In this document: one piece after another, positions 41,507 through 51,750 of the stretch
Layout: every line of letters begins with the position of its first letter
Position numbering within the stretch: position 1 is the first letter of the stretch
Origin: an uncultured Nitrospinota bacterium
Lineage (GTDB): Bacteria > Tectomicrobia > Entotheonellia > J063 > CAVPRW01
DNA: 64,000 nucleotides
NCBI GenBank assembly: GCA_963707985.1
Contig: CAVPRW010000045.1
Location: 192,001 to 256,000 of the forward strand
Direction: 5' to 3'
Program-made: the position numbers and the translations under genes
The notes under the pieces: model-generated
The model's input: the letters and a program-made list of their open reading frames with translations, nothing else
What the model was told of the DNA's origin: nothing
Database searches by the model: none

Positions 41507-42142
41507 ATGGAGAGTCAGCGTATTACCTTTGTGGCTAATGACGTGACGTGTGAGGGACTTCTCACGCACTCTAATGCGAATGCCCATGGGCCAGGGATTG
41601 TTCTCTGCCATCCCCATCCTCTGCGGGGTGGCGACATGTTGAATAATATTGTCGTGGCCCTTGCAGAGGCCTTTGCTACGGATGGATTTGCCGTTCTGCA
41701 ATTTAACTTTCGTGGTGTTGGCAGAAGCACAGGGCATTATTCCGAGGGCATTGGTGAGCAGGAAGATGCAAAGGCAGCCCTAATATGGTTGAGCACGCAG
41801 CCTGGGATAGACGTTGATCGCTTGTTTCTAGGAGGCTATTCCTTTGGGGCTCGAGTGACGCTTGCCGTGGCCTCAAGCGATCCTCATGTGTGTGGCTTTG
41901 TTGTTGTCGCGCCTCCCGTCTTGCGTGGTGACTGGCCTTCGCTGGAATCCGCTCGTGGGCCCAAGATCGTTCTCTGTGGCGAACGTGATCCCGTCGCACC
42001 GCCTGAATTGGTTACAGGCATGATGAAAAGCATACCCGAGCCTAAGCGCTTAGCGGTTTTCTCCGGGGCTGATCATTTTTTTGTGGGGCAGGAACGCACA
42101 TTGGCGCAGCACGCTGTCAAGTTACTGCGGGAACTATCCTAG
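41507..42142 (+). CDS. Alpha/beta-fold hydrolase (COG2945-like)
   Basis: CHPHPLRGGDMLNNIV, FNFRGVGRS, GYSFG nucleophile, GERD and GADHFF. Confidence 0.88.
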   Translation: MESQRITFVANDVTCEGLLTHSNANAHGPGIVLCHPHPLRGGDMLNNIVVALAEAFATDGFAVLQFNFRGVGRSTGHYSEGIGEQEDAKAALIWLSTQPGIDVDRLFLGGYSFGARVTLAVASSDPHVCGFVVVAPPVLRGDWPSLESARGPKIVLCGERDPVAPPELVTGMMKSIPEPKRLAVFSGADHFFVGQERTLAQHAVKLLRELS

Positions 42143-42231
42143 TCACAGCTCTCCCAACGATTTTCCACGAGTAGCCTCCCACTTTTCCGGCAATTGTTAA
42201 CGGCATGACAGCCATACGCCGCAGAGTGTCG

Positions 42232-44151
42232 TTAGAATACCGCCAGGAGATTCTGATTAACGGAGATCTCGTGACGTTCTTCCGCCTGCCGACGGAGTTC
42301 GTTAGACCACTGAGAGAAGCTCTGTTCACGTTTCTGACGTAGCACCTGCTGCTTCAGCTGAGCTTTATCCTTCTCATAACCTTCGGCATCGAATTCCTTG
42401 CGTTCCACAAGGACCGCAACAGCCGGTTGCTCCAAGAGATCGACCACTCGCACGTCACCCACGCGCATGCGGAAAACCTCCCGGATGAACTCTTGAGGAC
42501 GGCCCAATTGCGGGATGGCTCCATTTCGGGAAAAAAAGCCGGTCTGCTCAGTTTGAGTATTCAAGGACTGGGCGAGTTGCTCCAGTGATTGTCCCGCCTG
42601 TAATGCAGCGAGCCATTCGTCGGCTTTCTGCTGAGCCAATGTATGGGATTGCTCTCGCACCAAAGCCTCGCGGACCTCGTTCCTGATCTCCTCAAACGGC
42701 GGAGTATGCGGCGCTTTACGCTCAATGAGCTTCTCGACAAGGTATTGGTCGCCGCTCACTGTTGGTCGGCTGACCTCTCCGTCTTGCAATGTAGAAGCAG
42801 TCTGCATGAAGGCAGCGGAGTTTTCAAGCCCATCCACCACTTCCCCCTGTGCGATGAAAGGCGTTTCCCGTGGCACTAGTTCGAGACCTTGCACCGCTAT
42901 TATCCAGTCGCTTCCGGCGGCGACCATGACTTCATATACAGCCTGTGCTTTGGCTTCCGCTAGTCGACGTGCGCCTTCCCGAGTTAAACGTGTACGCAAC
43001 TCAGCCCGCACCACTTCAAGCGGATCGTATCCCGCTTGTTGCACTTCCTCCACCTTGATCAAATGGTATCCAAAGTCCGTTCGTACAGGGTCGCTAACGA
43101 CACCGGGCTTGAGTTCGAATGCCATCTCTTCGAAGGGTTTCACCATCTCACCGCGCTTAAAAAAGCCAAGATCCCCTCCCTGCTGGGCAGAGACCGGGTC
43201 TGCCGATAACTGGCTCGCCAACGCAGCAAAGTCCTCCCCTGCCTGAATTCTCTGCAGCGTAGTCTCGGCCTCACCCCGTACCCTAGATTCTTCCTCCGCC
43301 CCCGCTTGCTGCGCAAGCTTAAACAGGATGTGGCGCGCGCGCACTTGTTCTTCGTGGCGAAATTCTTCTTTATGCTGTTCATAATACTCTAGAAGCTGCT
43401 CGTCTGTTATCTCGACAAACGCTGTGAACTGTTCTGAATCGACGACAACGTATCCCAAGCGCATTTGCTCGGGTTTCCGAAAGTGGTCCAGATGCTCCTG
43501 GTAGTATGTCAACAAATCGGCGTCACTCACTTCCACCTGTGAGACAAACTGTGCCGGATCGGCGCGTAGATATTTGACGTTCACCTGCTCTTTATCGTGT
43601 ATAAAGGTTTGCTTTACCTCGGCTTCGGTGGCCTGGACCCCATCTTTAATAAGGTTTTCGAGTTTTCCCAGTAATAGATCCTCACGTTGGTTCTGTTCGA
43701 ATTCTGCCGGTGTCAGGCGCGATAGGCGGAGCACTTGCAGGTATCGGGAATGGTCAAAGCGGCCGTTCACCTGGAAAACGGGATAGGTCTGTACTTTCTC
43801 GATGAGCTCGGGATCACTCACCTTAAGTCCTTGCCGCATAGCCTCCCGGAGGAGGAGCTTGCGTTGCACCAGGGTATCCAACGCCTGCTGTTTGAGGTTG
43901 AGGCTACGGGCCAAATCCTCTGTGAAACGGTCCTGATAGAGCCGGCGATAAAAATCCGTCAGGTTGGTATAGGTCATCTGGAATTCTTGCAATGACACGC
44001 TCTCACCGCCGACAGTCCCGACATGCGCGTCAGGACGACCAGAGCGCTGCCAACCCCAATCGAGGAATATGGTGGCCACAAACGCGAGAACCACTGCCCC
44101 AAGTACTCCTTTGATAATCGCCGGTTGGGCTCGACGAATGGTATCAAGCAT
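42232..44151 (-). CDS. ppiD: Periplasmic chaperone/PPIase PpiD (SurA-N + parvulin)
   Basis: N-terminal TM, SurA-like helical domain and parvulin motif VRARHIL...GEDFAALA...[15 protein letters not shown]...[10 protein letters not shown]. Confidence 0.9.
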   Translation of the reverse strand: MLDTIRRAQPAIIKGVLGAVVLAFVATIFLDWGWQRSGRPDAHVGTVGGESVSLQEFQMTYTNLTDFYRRLYQDRFTEDLARSLNLKQQALDTLVQRKLLLREAMRQGLKVSDPELIEKVQTYPVFQVNGRFDHSRYLQVLRLSRLTPAEFEQNQREDLLLGKLENLIKDGVQATEAEVKQTFIHDKEQVNVKYLRADPAQFVSQVEVSDADLLTYYQEHLDHFRKPEQMRLGYVVVDSEQFTAFVEITDEQLLEYYEQHKEEFRHEEQVRARHILFKLAQQAGAEEESRVRGEAETTLQRIQAGEDFAALASQLSADPVSAQQGGDLGFFKRGEMVKPFEEMAFELKPGVVSDPVRTDFGYHLIKVEEVQQAGYDPLEVVRAELRTRLTREGARRLAEAKAQAVYEVMVAAGSDWIIAVQGLELVPRETPFIAQGEVVDGLENSAAFMQTASTLQDGEVSRPTVSGDQYLVEKLIERKAPHTPPFEEIRNEVREALVREQSHTLAQQKADEWLAALQAGQSLEQLAQSLNTQTEQTGFFSRNGAIPQLGRPQEFIREVFRMRVGDVRVVDLLEQPAVAVLVERKEFDAEGYEKDKAQLKQQVLRQKREQSFSQWSNELRRQAEERHEISVNQNLLAVF

Positions 44152-44398
44152 CCCCGTCGCACTCCTCCGCTAAAACTCCCACACCAGACCATAGACACCA
44201 GCCACCTCCACGTCTTCCCTAGTCGTTTATTCTACGTGTAGCGCCGTGGAAACACAAGAGCCAGGGGAGCACATCGGGGGGTTACCAAAATTCTGTTGCG
44301 TGCACTGAGGCAATTTCGCTAGAATAGACGTGCTGAGCGGGGAGGTGGTCCCGTGGACGTCTGCCGCCTTCCTCACGTCTGAGATCTGAGGGGATACA

Positions 44399-45274
44399 GT
44401 GCACGACCGTTCGCGTGCTCGGATTGACTCAACTTCTCCCTTGCATACTCCTCGTAAGCTGTCGCGGCGATCTCTAGCCCCATGGTCGGGTGTCGTCTGT
44501 TTTACCCTCCTGGCGGTGGTATCCCTTACCCTCCTAACTTGGAAGGTCAAGAACCGTGTACCCATTGCCTTGTTCGAGAATGCCGTGCTGTCGATCGCTC
44601 GCCCACTCCAGCAGGTGGCAACTTGGACGGCCGGGAGCATCAAGGAAGTATGGGGGAATTACGTCTATTTGGTTGGCGTTCAGCTGGACAACCAACGACT
44701 GCGAGAAGAGATCAAGTGGCTACGGCAGGAAAACCACCGTTATCTGGAAGCGTACCTGCAATATCAGCGCTTGCAGCGGCTATTGAATTTCCGTGAGCAA
44801 ACACCACTCGACGTCGTCGCCGCTGAAGTGGTGGGCCGCGACTCCAATAGCTGGACAGAGATCATCTATATCAACCGGGGCACGCACGATAAGGTAGCGA
44901 AGGGCTATCCCGTGGTTACGCACGATGGCTTAGTAGGCCAGGTCATTCACGCGGCACCAGCGCTTTCTCAGGTCATGTTACTGACTGATTTTCGTAGTGG
45001 AGTCGATGCGCTCGTGCAACGCACACGAGCGAGTGGAGTGGTTACCGGGCGCGGACGGGATCTAGCCGCATTAAAGTTCCTTCCTGTGGGGGCGGATATC
45101 CAACCTGGGGATCGCCTGATCTCCTCTGGCATGGGCGGGGTGTTTCCCAAGGGATTGATCATTGGGGCGGTCACGGATCATAGTCTCAACGGGCGCCAGG
45201 GGCAGCAGGTGGAGATCCAACCAAACGTTGATTTTTCTCACCTGGAGGAAGTCCTGGTACTCGTCAAACCCTGA
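44399..45274 (+). CDS. mreC: Rod shape-determining protein MreC
   Basis: TM + coiled coil (RLQRLLNF), AEVVGRD, INRG, GLVGQV and SSGMGGVFPKGL. Confidence 0.93.
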   Translation: MHDRSRARIDSTSPLHTPRKLSRRSLAPWSGVVCFTLLAVVSLTLLTWKVKNRVPIALFENAVLSIARPLQQVATWTAGSIKEVWGNYVYLVGVQLDNQRLREEIKWLRQENHRYLEAYLQYQRLQRLLNFREQTPLDVVAAEVVGRDSNSWTEIIYINRGTHDKVAKGYPVVTHDGLVGQVIHAAPALSQVMLLTDFRSGVDALVQRTRASGVVTGRGRDLAALKFLPVGADIQPGDRLISSGMGGVFPKGLIIGAVTDHSLNGRQGQQVEIQPNVDFSHLEEVLVLVKP

Positions 45275-45289
45275 GTACAGTGAGTCCCT

Positions 45290-45820
45290 ATGTTCCCGGC
45301 GATTCTTTTATCCATTGTCTTGCTAAATCAGATCTATTCACCATTGCGCTTGTTGCCAGGGGGATTAACGCCCGATATGGCGCTGTTAGCCGCCGTGGCG
45401 GGTGGGCGGGTATACACGTCATGGGGGGCTGCGGCTTTAGGGTTCGCCGCAGGGCTGCTGCAGGAGACCCTGACAGGAGGGCTCATCGGCGTTGGAGCTC
45501 TCTCAAAGGGGTTAACCGGATTAGTGTGGACCCGTTTGTGGAACCATGCCGTCAGCGATGCCCCTCTGTTGCAACTGCCCCTGCTGGCCGGCTTGACGGT
45601 CTTCGATGGCGCGATCTTTTTTGGCAGCTCGATGTTGTTCTCGACGCCCACGTCCTCTTGGGATGTCTTTTTTCCCTTGCTCTGGCGGCAACTTCTGTCC
45701 AACATGCTGTTCGGGCCGTTCCTGCTCATGCTGTTTGCCGCCATCCATCGCAGGCTGAAACGTCCCAGGCGTTTGAGCCGGAGACGACATGCATCAGCGA
45801 TTACATTCCAAGCCGAATGA
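45290..45820 (+). CDS. mreD: Rod shape-determining protein MreD
   Basis: Multi-TM protein with TPD and GFAAGLLQE..TGG..GV, between mreC and mrdA. Confidence 0.85.
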   Translation: MFPAILLSIVLLNQIYSPLRLLPGGLTPDMALLAAVAGGRVYTSWGAAALGFAAGLLQETLTGGLIGVGALSKGLTGLVWTRLWNHAVSDAPLLQLPLLAGLTVFDGAIFFGSSMLFSTPTSSWDVFFPLLWRQLLSNMLFGPFLLMLFAAIHRRLKRPRRLSRRRHASAITFQAE

Positions 45821-47687
45821 AGAGGTTCGACGTCGCCTCTTCGTCCTCATAGCCGTGCTCGTCCTCGGTTTTACCGTGCTGCTCCTCCGCGTTTGGTATT
45901 TGCAGGTGATCGAAGGTGAGCATTTTGCCACATTATCAGAGAGCAACCGCATTCGTACGATTCCCCAGCGTGATGTGCGTGGTCAGATTCTAGATCGCTC
46001 CGGCAAAGTGCTGGTCGATAATCGGACCTCCTTCACGCTTTCCGTGCTTCCTGAGGAAACACCGAAACTAGACCTCCTGATCCCACGCCTCAAAGACCAA
46101 CTGCCCATTCGATGGGACGAAGTGGAGCCTAAGCTGAAACAGGCATACGCTTACCGGACGATTCAACTGCTCAAGGATTTGACACGGGAACAGGTGGCCT
46201 ATCTTGCGGAGCATCGATGGGACCTTCCAGGTGTCTTCTTGGATGTCGAACATGTGCGTCACTACGCATACGGGGAATTGAGTGCACATACGCTGGGCTA
46301 CATTGGAGAGATCAATGAAGAGCAATTAAAGGATGCCCGCGAGTATGGTTATCGGATGGGCGATTATATCGGGCAATCAGGAGTCGAAAAGCTCTATGAA
46401 CGAGCCCTGCGCGGCACAAAAGGGGCGAGAGAGGTCGAAGTCGACGCCCTCGGGCGCGAATTGCAACTGATGGAGGAACGCGAGCCTAGACCAGGGATGA
46501 ATCTCGTCCTGACGCTCGACCTCGGACTTCAGCAATTAGTTGAAGAAGAGATGGCCGGTCAGTCAGGCTCTGTCGTGGTGATGGACCCGCGGAATGGTGA
46601 GATCCTGGCTATGGTGAGTAAGCCGTCGTATGATCCCAATCTCTTTGTGACTGGCATTTCTGTTTCGAATTGGATGCGTCTTCTCAAAGACCCCAGAAAA
46701 CCTATGCAAAACCGTGCGATCCAGGCGCAATATCCACCGGGGTCAACATATAAGATCGTCATGGCGGTCGCAGGTTTGGAAGAGGGACTTATCACCCCCA
46801 AGACAACAGTTCACTGTAATGGTCTCTTCCCCTTCGGCAATCGCGTGTTCAAGGACTGGAGAAAAGGCGGGCATGGACCTGTTAATGTACACTCAGCATT
46901 GGTCCAATCATGCGATGTTTTTTTCTATACCTTGGGGCATCGTCTTGGGATCGATACCATCGCCCGCTATGCCAAGGGTTTTGGACTAGGTATGGCATCA
47001 GGGTACGATCCCCTTCACGAGAAGCCCGGCTTGGTCCCTTCGACAGCCTGGAAACGACAGGTACGTGGTGAACCGTGGTATCCGGGCGAGACCATCTCGG
47101 CCGCGATTGGACAGGGGTACAACCTGGTGACCCCGATGCAGTTACTTAATGTCATCAGCGCTGTGGCCAACGGTGGGGTGCGGTATCGACCGCGCATTGT
47201 CAAACGACTTGAAACCTCCGATGGGAAGGCGGTTCAGGAGTTTGAGCCGGAACGGATGGGAGAAATCCCAGCGCGTCCCGAGACGCTCCGCATCGTGCAG
47301 CAGGCCTTGTTCGGTGTGGTCAATGAGGCGCGGGGAACGGGCTGGCGAGCACGCCATGAACAGGTCAACATTGGTGGAAAAACGGGCACTGTGCAGGTCA
47401 TCTCCAACTCACCCAAAGGCGATAAGCTGCCGGAGCGTTTCCGTGATCATGGCTGGTTCGTCGCCTTTGCTCCCGTTGAGAACCCGCAGCTTGCCATCGT
47501 CATTCTTGGGGAACATGGCGGGCGTGGCGGATCAACCTATGCTCCGATTGCTCGCAAGATCGTTGAATATTACCTAAAGCTGTCGCCGACGCCTCAACCG
47601 CAGTCACCTGTAGTGGTGCAACGTCCCGCCGCCCGGCAACCTGTGGCAGCTACGAGTTATATGCCGCAACCGACAACAACCCAATAA
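45789..47687 (+). CDS. mrdA: Penicillin-binding protein 2
   Basis: RGQILDR, PGSTYK (SxxK), SCD (SxD) and GKTGT. Confidence 0.95.
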   Translation: MHQRLHSKPNEEVRRRLFVLIAVLVLGFTVLLLRVWYLQVIEGEHFATLSESNRIRTIPQRDVRGQILDRSGKVLVDNRTSFTLSVLPEETPKLDLLIPRLKDQLPIRWDEVEPKLKQAYAYRTIQLLKDLTREQVAYLAEHRWDLPGVFLDVEHVRHYAYGELSAHTLGYIGEINEEQLKDAREYGYRMGDYIGQSGVEKLYERALRGTKGAREVEVDALGRELQLMEEREPRPGMNLVLTLDLGLQQLVEEEMAGQSGSVVVMDPRNGEILAMVSKPSYDPNLFVTGISVSNWMRLLKDPRKPMQNRAIQAQYPPGSTYKIVMAVAGLEEGLITPKTTVHCNGLFPFGNRVFKDWRKGGHGPVNVHSALVQSCDVFFYTLGHRLGIDTIARYAKGFGLGMASGYDPLHEKPGLVPSTAWKRQVRGEPWYPGETISAAIGQGYNLVTPMQLLNVISAVANGGVRYRPRIVKRLETSDGKAVQEFEPERMGEIPARPETLRIVQQALFGVVNEARGTGWRARHEQVNIGGKTGTVQVISNSPKGDKLPERFRDHGWFVAFAPVENPQLAIVILGEHGGRGGSTYAPIARKIVEYYLKLSPTPQPQSPVVVQRPAARQPVAATSYMPQPTTTQ

Positions 47688-47708
47688 TAAGGGAAGATAT
47701 CTTCTACG

Positions 47709-48812
47709 ATGATCGATCGTCGCATGCTGGTGAATATCGACTGGATGCTTATCCTGATGGTCGGTGGTATCGTTGCCTGGGGTCTTGTTACGGTCTATAG
47801 CGCCACGCACGGACGTTTAGAGACGCATCTCGACGATTTCTACCTAAAGCAGATCTATTGGTTTGGTGCCGGCCTTGTACTAATGGTGTTGGTCACCTTA
47901 GTAGACTACCAACTCCTAAGTCGAACTGCCTATCCCCTGCTGGCATTTGGGATTCTCTTACTCGTCATAGTTTTTCTCTTTGGGCGTGTGGCGTCCGGAG
48001 CACGCCGTTGGCTTGTGTTAGGCCCTCTCTCCTTGCAACCATCAGAACTGGTAAAAGTCTTTCTCGTGCTCAGTTTGGCTCGGTACTTCACCGAAACTCG
48101 TCGAGACGGTGGTCTGCGTTTCCGCGATTTGCTCATCCCGTTAGGGATGGTTGTGGTGCCCTTCGCCCTTATCGCCAAGCAGCCCGATCTTGGGACTGCC
48201 CTGGTGTTGTTCTTTGTGGCGAGTGCTCTCATCTTCGCCTCTGGCTTCCCGCTCAAGATTCTGATGTTGATTACGGGTGGGGGGGTAATCGCCATGCCAA
48301 TTGGCTGGACCTTCCTGAAGGACTACCAGAAGGTCCGTGTCATTACCCTCCTGAACCCCGATTTCGATCCTTTGGGGGCAGGGTATCATAGTTGGCAGTC
48401 GAAGATTGCCATCGGTTCGGGGGGATTCTGGGGCAAGGGGTGGCTGGCAGGGACGCAAAGCGGTTTGAACTTCCTCCCGGAGAAGCATACGGACTTTATT
48501 TTCGCGGTGTTCGCCGAGGAGTGGGGCTTCGTTGGCACGGCAGCTTTGATTGTGTTGTATTTAGTCTTGCTGCTGCGCGGCATCAACATTGCTTACTCAT
48601 CGAAAGACCGGCTCGGCTGCTTAATCGCCACAGGTGTGGTAGCCATGCTGAGCGTCTATATCCTGTTCAATATTGGTATGACGGTCGGCCTCACCCCGGT
48701 GGTGGGATTGCCCTTACCACTGTTTAGTTATGGTGGTTCGTCTATGTTGGCGACGATGGTCGCCATCGGCCTCCTGCTCAATATCCGTATGCGCCGCTTT
48801 CTCTATAGTTGA
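47709..48812 (+). CDS. rodA: Rod shape-determining SEDS protein RodA
   Basis: GARRW, QPSELVK, QPDLGT, QSKIAIGSGG, LPEKHTDFIF and PLFSYGGSS. Confidence 0.96.
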   Translation: MIDRRMLVNIDWMLILMVGGIVAWGLVTVYSATHGRLETHLDDFYLKQIYWFGAGLVLMVLVTLVDYQLLSRTAYPLLAFGILLLVIVFLFGRVASGARRWLVLGPLSLQPSELVKVFLVLSLARYFTETRRDGGLRFRDLLIPLGMVVVPFALIAKQPDLGTALVLFFVASALIFASGFPLKILMLITGGGVIAMPIGWTFLKDYQKVRVITLLNPDFDPLGAGYHSWQSKIAIGSGGFWGKGWLAGTQSGLNFLPEKHTDFIFAVFAEEWGFVGTAALIVLYLVLLLRGINIAYSSKDRLGCLIATGVVAMLSVYILFNIGMTVGLTPVVGLPLPLFSYGGSSMLATMVAIGLLLNIRMRRFLYS

Positions 48813-48976
48813 ATCAACGGCCACAGGTCTCAATCCCCTCTTTGGTGGAGAGACATCGGTCGACAGAGGGGGCTTCGCATAGTACATGTCGCGATTGGTA
48901 CCACGGTAGATCACCTGGGTTTCGTCGTCACCGGGTGATCGTTGAATGTTCAACGTAGCATTGCAGGGGAACCCCT

Positions 48977-50512
48977 ATGGGGAGCGAGATCCTGATCGAC
49001 ACGACTTCCCACGAAACCAGGGTTGCACTCCTAGAGAATGGCTCGGTTTCTGAGCTCTATATGGAGCGGGAACGCGACAAAGGCATCGTTGGCAACATTT
49101 ACAAAGGGATCGTAACGAAGATTCTTCCTGGCATGCAAGCGGCTTTTGTGGATATGGGGTTACGACGCGCTGGGTTTCTGTACGTGGCCGATGTCGAATC
49201 ACTCGACGGGGGAGAATCGTTGGAGAAGTTCGTGGAGGACGAACCCACTGAGGAGGACGACAAGCTTTTGGTTGATAAACGTCGTCCGGGAAGACGCGTG
49301 CTGGATTCTCCCATCGAAGACCTCTTACAAGAAGGGCAAGAGATCTTAGTGCAGGTGTCAAAGGAGCCCATCGGCACCAAAGGGGCCCGTCTCACCTCAT
49401 ATATAACGTTACCTGGGCGTTACCTGGTTTTCATGCCGATGGTGGATCACATTGGGGTTTCACGTCGCATCGTCAATGAGGAGGAGCGGCTGCGTCTCAA
49501 GGACATCGTGCGCGAAGCCAAGCAGCCTGGTGTGGGCTTTATCGTCCGCACCGTAAGCGAAGGGGTGGACCGCCAAGAACTGCATTCGGACATGACATTT
49601 CTGACCAAGTTGTGGGAAGACATTCAGCGCAAGGCCGCTGCGGCTCCTGCCCCGGCCCTAGTGCATCCTGACCTCAATATTATCTTGCGCACCGTTCGGG
49701 ATCTATTCACCAGCGAGGTGGATGCCCTGATCATCGAAAGCGTCCAAGATTACGAGACGTGCCTTGATTTCGTACGTTCCTACCTGCCTGATCTACAGCC
49801 GAAAATTCAGTTGTACCACGGAAAAGAACCTCTGTTCGAGGCCTATGGGTTGGAACTTGAAATCGAGCGCGCCCTTGGACGCAAGATTTGGCTGAAATCT
49901 GGGGGATACATCGTCATCGATCAAACTGAGGCCCTGGTGGCCGTAGATGTCAATACCGGCCGCTTCGTCGGCAAACGCAATCCGGAGGAGACGATCCTCC
50001 AGACGAACCTTGAAGCCATTAAAGAGATCGTGTATCAACTCCGGCTGCGCAATATCGGTGGGATCATCATCATCGATTTTATCGATATGGAGCGTGAGGA
50101 AAATCGCGAGAAGGTGTACAATGCTTTACTGAACGCTCTGCGGAGCGACCGTTCACGCACCAGAATCTCTAAGATCTCCGAGCTGGGTCTGGTCGAGATG
50201 ACGCGCAAGCGGGTGCGTGAAAGCCTCGGGCGGGTAATTTGTCGGCCTTGTCCATATTGTGATGGGAGCGGCACCATTAAGTCTGCGGCGACGATCTGTT
50301 ACGAGATTCTCCGTGAGATCCGGCGCGCCGCAGCGACCTCTCAGAAACGACGCAAGATTTTGGTCCGATTGCACCCAATCGTCGCCGACCTCCTTCTGGA
50401 AGAAGAGGGCGGGTTTCTAGAGTCGCTCGAGCAAGAATTCCAGAAGCAGATTATAGTGAAGGGCGATTACGACCTACATGAAGAGCAATACGAGGTCATG
50501 CTGCTGTCATGA
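48977..50512 (+). CDS. rng: Ribonuclease G (Rne/Rng family)
   Basis: GNIYKG, PGMQAAFVD, KEPIGTKGARL, DVNTG, IIIDFIDM and C-terminal CPYC; 511 aa with no RNase E tail. Confidence 0.93.
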   Translation: MGSEILIDTTSHETRVALLENGSVSELYMERERDKGIVGNIYKGIVTKILPGMQAAFVDMGLRRAGFLYVADVESLDGGESLEKFVEDEPTEEDDKLLVDKRRPGRRVLDSPIEDLLQEGQEILVQVSKEPIGTKGARLTSYITLPGRYLVFMPMVDHIGVSRRIVNEEERLRLKDIVREAKQPGVGFIVRTVSEGVDRQELHSDMTFLTKLWEDIQRKAAAAPAPALVHPDLNIILRTVRDLFTSEVDALIIESVQDYETCLDFVRSYLPDLQPKIQLYHGKEPLFEAYGLELEIERALGRKIWLKSGGYIVIDQTEALVAVDVNTGRFVGKRNPEETILQTNLEAIKEIVYQLRLRNIGGIIIIDFIDMEREENREKVYNALLNALRSDRSRTRISKISELGLVEMTRKRVRESLGRVICRPCPYCDGSGTIKSAATICYEILREIRRAAATSQKRRKILVRLHPIVADLLLEEEGGFLESLEQEFQKQIIVKGDYDLHEEQYEVMLLS

Positions 50513-51267
50513 TGCCGGCAGAGGATCAAGGCCATGCACGAGGCCACTGCTCTAGTGGAGCGCGACCTGAGGTATGGCTGGGCTCTCAGCAGTCAATGTC
50601 CCTGGGTAAACGGGTCTGGTTCGGATTTTCCTGGCTGGCTCTTGGAGCGTTTTTGGCCGGCCTCAATCGACTCAAGGTGACGGGTGCGGAGCATATTCCT
50701 CCAGGTGGGGGGGTGTTGCTCGCCGCCAATCATCTCTCAATTTTTGATACGCTTCTGATCCCCTGGGTGAATATTGCCAAGGTCCGTTTGGAGGTCGTTT
50801 GGGCTCCAGCGAAGGCAGAACTCTTCGACATTCCTGTACTTAATCACATCATTGCCAGCTGGGGCGCTTTTCCGGTGCAGCGTGGCGGGCGCGATGTACG
50901 AGCCATGCGACGCCTCGTTGAGCTGATGCGACATGAAAAAGTCATGCTGTTTCCTGAGGGGACCCGCAGTGTCGACGGCGGGCTAGGCAGGGGTAACCGC
51001 GTGGTCGGGAAATTGATTTATCTGGCGCGACCTCTCGTCATTCCAACGGCGATCCTGGGGACCGACCGATTATTAGCTAAAGGACGATTTTTGCCACGGT
51101 TGTTCTCTAAGCTAGAGGTTCGCTTTGGCCCTCCACTTGACCTCGAGAGCTATTATGCCGCCAAAGACACGAAAGCTACCGCAGAAGCCCTCATGTCTTC
51201 CGTGATGCGGAGTATCGCACGCCTACGCGGCGAGGAGGCGATGTGGCTGAAGAGATTTCCAGCTTGA
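50509..51267 (+). CDS. Lysophospholipid acyltransferase (PlsC-like; start may be 50596)
   Basis: ANHLSIFD (HX4D), AKAELF, GAFPV.R and FPEGTRS. Confidence 0.9.
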   Translation: MMPAEDQGHARGHCSSGARPEVWLGSQQSMSLGKRVWFGFSWLALGAFLAGLNRLKVTGAEHIPPGGGVLLAANHLSIFDTLLIPWVNIAKVRLEVVWAPAKAELFDIPVLNHIIASWGAFPVQRGGRDVRAMRRLVELMRHEKVMLFPEGTRSVDGGLGRGNRVVGKLIYLARPLVIPTAILGTDRLLAKGRFLPRLFSKLEVRFGPPLDLESYYAAKDTKATAEALMSSVMRSIARLRGEEAMWLKRFPA

Positions 51268-51719
51268 GAAGGGCACTGGAACGGTCATTACGCGATCTCG
51301 GTCTTCAGAAGCGCCTGAAGACCGAGAAGCTCTCAGTGCTGTGGCCCAAAATCGTTGGTCCCAGTGTGGCGAAAGTTGCTTTTCCGGCCCAATTTCGCAA
51401 TGGTACGCTGTTCATCGATGTCGCCGATAATGTCTGGATGCAAGAGCTAAAGTTTCAGGAGGGGGAGTTGATTGGACGGCTCAACGACGCCCTAGGCGAG
51501 CCCTTGGTGCGCCGCCTCTTCTTTCAACTGGCCCGTACCCCGCTACCAAACTCCACCGCACACCGTGAGGCGACGGCCGCCCCGCTCGCCACAACACCAC
51601 TTGACCCGCAACAAGAACTTGCGCTTGCGCAGGAGGTGGCGAGCGTGCGCGATCCTGAATTAAGAGCAATCCTGAAAGATTTTCGGCGTCGACTGTTGCA
51701 GGCCCGCCCCACCCCATAA
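51243..51719 (+). CDS. DUF721/DciA family protein
   Basis: WPKIVGPSVA...P...NGTLFIDV.DNVWMQEL...LIGRLN. Confidence 0.8.
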   Translation: MAEEISSLRRALERSLRDLGLQKRLKTEKLSVLWPKIVGPSVAKVAFPAQFRNGTLFIDVADNVWMQELKFQEGELIGRLNDALGEPLVRRLFFQLARTPLPNSTAHREATAAPLATTPLDPQQELALAQEVASVRDPELRAILKDFRRRLLQARPTP

Positions 51720-51750
51720 ACCGCTCTGGGGCGGCTAGGAAGGATATTAC

